Assembly (NCBI GenBank): GCA_965249325.1 | Contig: CBDFLP010000020.1 | Coordinates: forward strand, 321,428-385,427 | Source: Dehalococcoidia bacterium | GTDB taxonomy: Bacteria; Chloroflexota; Dehalococcoidia; Lucifugimonadales; Australimonadaceae | Reading direction: 5' to 3' | DNA: 64,000 bases | In this document: positions 62,058 through 64,000 of the stretch, one piece after another | How positions within the stretch are numbered: the stretch's first letter is position 1 | Layout of the letters: each line of letters begins with the position of its first letter | Notes under the pieces: generated by a model | What the model saw: only the letters and a program-made list of their open reading frames with translations | What the model was told of the DNA's origin: nothing | Database searches by the model: none | Position numbers and translations under genes: made by a program

Positions 62058-63305
62058 CTACTCCTGATCGAGCTCGAACGCGTCGTGCAGCGCCTGCACC
62101 GCCTCGTTGACCTGCTCCTCGTCCACGATGCAGGTGATGCGGATCTGCGACGTCGTGATCATCTCGATGTTCACTCCCGCCTGCGCCAGCGTCGAGAACA
62201 TCAGGGACGCGACTCCCGGCGCGTTCTGCATCCCCGTCCCGACGATGCTCACCTGTCCCAGGTGGTCGTGCGACACGCAGTCCGCCGCGCCGATTTCGTC
62301 CGCGATCTTGCTCGTCAGCTCCAGCGCAAGGCGGAGGTCCGTTCGGTCGATCGTGAATGAGAGGTCCGTAAGCCGCTCGGCGCTCGCGTTCTGCACGATG
62401 GTGTCGACGCTCACGTTGGCGTCGGAGAGCGGCTTGAACACCGACGCCGCGATGCCGGGCCGGTCGGGCACGGCCCGCACCGTGATGCGCGCCACGTCCC
62501 GGTCGTAGGTCACGCCTCTGACTTTGTTCGAGACTTCCATTCCCAGTCCTTCCGTTTGTCCCTGTCCTTCCGCTTCGAGGTCGTGGATCAGCGTGCCGGG
62601 CAAGTCCTCGCGGCTCGACGCCACCAGGATGGGAGTCTTGTACCATGCGCCCAGCTCGATCGACCGCGGGTGCATCTTCGCCCCGTAGCTCGCCAGCTCC
62701 AGCATCTCCTCGTAGCCGATCTCGCTCAGCTTGCGCGCCTTCGGCACGATGCGGGGATCGGCTGTGTAGATGCCGTCAACATCCGTGTAGACCTCGCAGC
62801 GAGCGGCACCCAGCACCGCGGCAAGCGCCACGGCCGTGGTGTCCGAGCCGCCGCGGCCCAGCGTCGTCACGTCCATTTCTTCGTTGATTCCCTGGAAGCC
62901 CGCCACGATGACGATCCGCCCGGCGTCCAGCTCGCTCCGGACGCGCTCGGCGTCGAAACTCACGATGGTCGCCCGTCCGTGGGCGGTGTCCGTGCGCACT
63001 CCCGCCTGGGCGCCGCTCATGCTGATTGCCTGCTCTCCCAGCTCGCGCAGCGCCATCGCCAGCAGCGTGCAGGACACGAGCTCCCCCGTCGACAGCAGGA
63101 TGTCGAGCTCCCGGGGCTCCGGCGTCGAGGAGATGGACTCCGCCAGCTCGATCAGCCGGTCTGTCGTGTCGCCCATCGCGGACACGACCACCGCCACCTG
63201 GTTCCCCGCCGCGTGGGTTGCGGCGATGCGCTGGGCGACGCGCCTGATCTTCTCGGCGTCGCCTACCGACGTGCCGCCGTACTTCTGGACGAGCGTTCCC
63301 ATCAC
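62058..63305 (-). CDS. lysC: Aspartate kinase
   Basis: TLVQKYGGTSVGD.., two C-terminal ACT regions. GTG 63305 and ATG 63302 are both possible starts. Confidence 0.95.
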   Translation of the reverse strand: MMGTLVQKYGGTSVGDAEKIRRVAQRIAATHAAGNQVAVVVSAMGDTTDRLIELAESISSTPEPRELDILLSTGELVSCTLLAMALRELGEQAISMSGAQAGVRTDTAHGRATIVSFDAERVRSELDAGRIVIVAGFQGINEEMDVTTLGRGGSDTTAVALAAVLGAARCEVYTDVDGIYTADPRIVPKARKLSEIGYEEMLELASYGAKMHPRSIELGAWYKTPILVASSREDLPGTLIHDLEAEGQGQTEGLGMEVSNKVRGVTYDRDVARITVRAVPDRPGIAASVFKPLSDANVSVDTIVQNASAERLTDLSFTIDRTDLRLALELTSKIADEIGAADCVSHDHLGQVSIVGTGMQNAPGVASLMFSTLAQAGVNIEMITTSQIRITCIVDEEQVNEAVQALHDAFELDQE

Positions 63306-63309
63306 GCGG

Positions 63310-63350
63310 CCCCTCCTCAGTCCTCCCCCGCAGACGGGGGAGGAGGAACG
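63310..63350 (+). repeat. REP-like module spanning the thrB stop codon and the lysC Shine-Dalgarno region
   Basis: CCCTCCTCAGTCCTCCCCCGCAGACGGGGGAGGAGGAACGG. Confidence 0.8.
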
Positions 63351-64000
63351 GCAGAGTCCGGGACTTGGTCAACGGGGCCGGCTCCCGTCGCCGCGGGTTC
63401 GAGCACGCGGAACGTGCCCGTCAGCCCTGACTTATCCCCGGCGTCCGCCATCTCGTAACCGATGGTGAACGCGCGGTTCTCCTCTCGCGTCGTGAACGCG
63501 ACGATCGACGACCCCGCGCCTGATAGAAACACGCCGCGCGCGCCCGCCGCCAGCGCGTGGTCGAAGATGACCTTCATCTGGCGATACACCTTCTGCCGTT
63601 GAGGCTGATGCAGCCGGTCCTGCGTCGCAAGACGCAGGTACTCCGGCCTGTCCAGCGCGAGGCTCGCCACGAGCAGCGCGGCGCGCCCCACGTTGAACAC
63701 CGCGTCGGTCCGCGCCGTTTGCGGTTCGAGCATGCTCCGCGCCTGCTTCGTCGCCATCGGCGTGTCGGGTATGTACGCCACGCATTGAAGGTTGGCGGGC
63801 AGCGGAACGGGCGCGGCGTGGACGGTGTCCCCGTCCGCGACGGCGATGCTCAACCCGCCCATCAGCGCCGGCGCGACGTTGTCGGGATGCCCCTCGATCT
63901 GGGCCGCGAGTTGCAGCAGCCCATGCGGGTCGATCGGGTGATCGAGGAGCGCATTTGCCCCGTACAGCCCGCCGACGATTGCCGCCGAGCTGCTCCCAAG
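63317..64000 (-). CDS. thrB: Homoserine kinase, with the N-terminus beyond the window edge
   Basis: The frame is open to the window end (..SSSAAIVGGLYGANALL..EGHPDNVAPALMGG..FLSGAGSSIVAF..). The track lists only the internal-Met part, 63317-63862. Confidence 0.88.
   Translation of the reverse strand, partial: LGSSSAAIVGGLYGANALLDHPIDPHGLLQLAAQIEGHPDNVAPALMGGLSIAVADGDTVHAAPVPLPANLQCVAYIPDTPMATKQARSMLEPQTARTDAVFNVGRAALLVASLALDRPEYLRLATQDRLHQPQRQKVYRQMKVIFDHALAAGARGVFLSGAGSSIVAFTTREENRAFTIGYEMADAGDKSGLTGTFRVLEPAATGAGPVDQVPDSAVPPPPSAGED

Overview
This is a GC-rich bacterial chromosomal segment. Gene content and protein style suggest a Chloroflexota/Thermomicrobia-like organism, but that taxon call is inference only. 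I can support about 55 protein genes, almost all housekeeping:
- prfA-prmC, an ATPase-degenerate LonC-like protease, menB-menA, a vapBC toxin-antitoxin pair and a COG4867-type vWA protein
- rpoB-rpoC, a rubrerythrin-like protein, katG and three tandem secreted thioredoxin-fold lipoproteins with Pro/Thr linkers
- pheT, moeA, infC-rpmI-rplT, plsY-der, a divergent carbamoyltransferase, pheS and hsp20
- a 4-bp-overlapped rdgB-moaA-(RNaseH::moaC)-nudix operon, an RRM protein, pcrA and two GT2 genes with a sugar nucleotidyltransferase
- sucCD, a bicupin protein, a NarI/HdrD-like Fe-S protein and lysC-thrB

I recognised no rRNA, tRNA or CRISPR array.

The only classical mobile element is one IS256-family insertion sequence with a frameshifted transposase. 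It sits inside a repeat whose uninterrupted copy is also in the window.

The most unusual content is non-coding:
- A dense mosaic family of short REP-like modules fills the large intergenic regions. Copies are also embedded in frame in several genes (vWA, plsY, thrB, pcrA).
- Three paralogous non-coding modules of about 0.3-0.45 kb lie upstream of katG, the bicupin gene and sucC. They contain exact 33-bp tandem sub-repeats whose short core motif is specific to each copy.

A contiguous RNase HI::MoaC fusion ORF is the most unusual coding feature.

All calls come from reading the sequence and the ORF track. No database search was possible.
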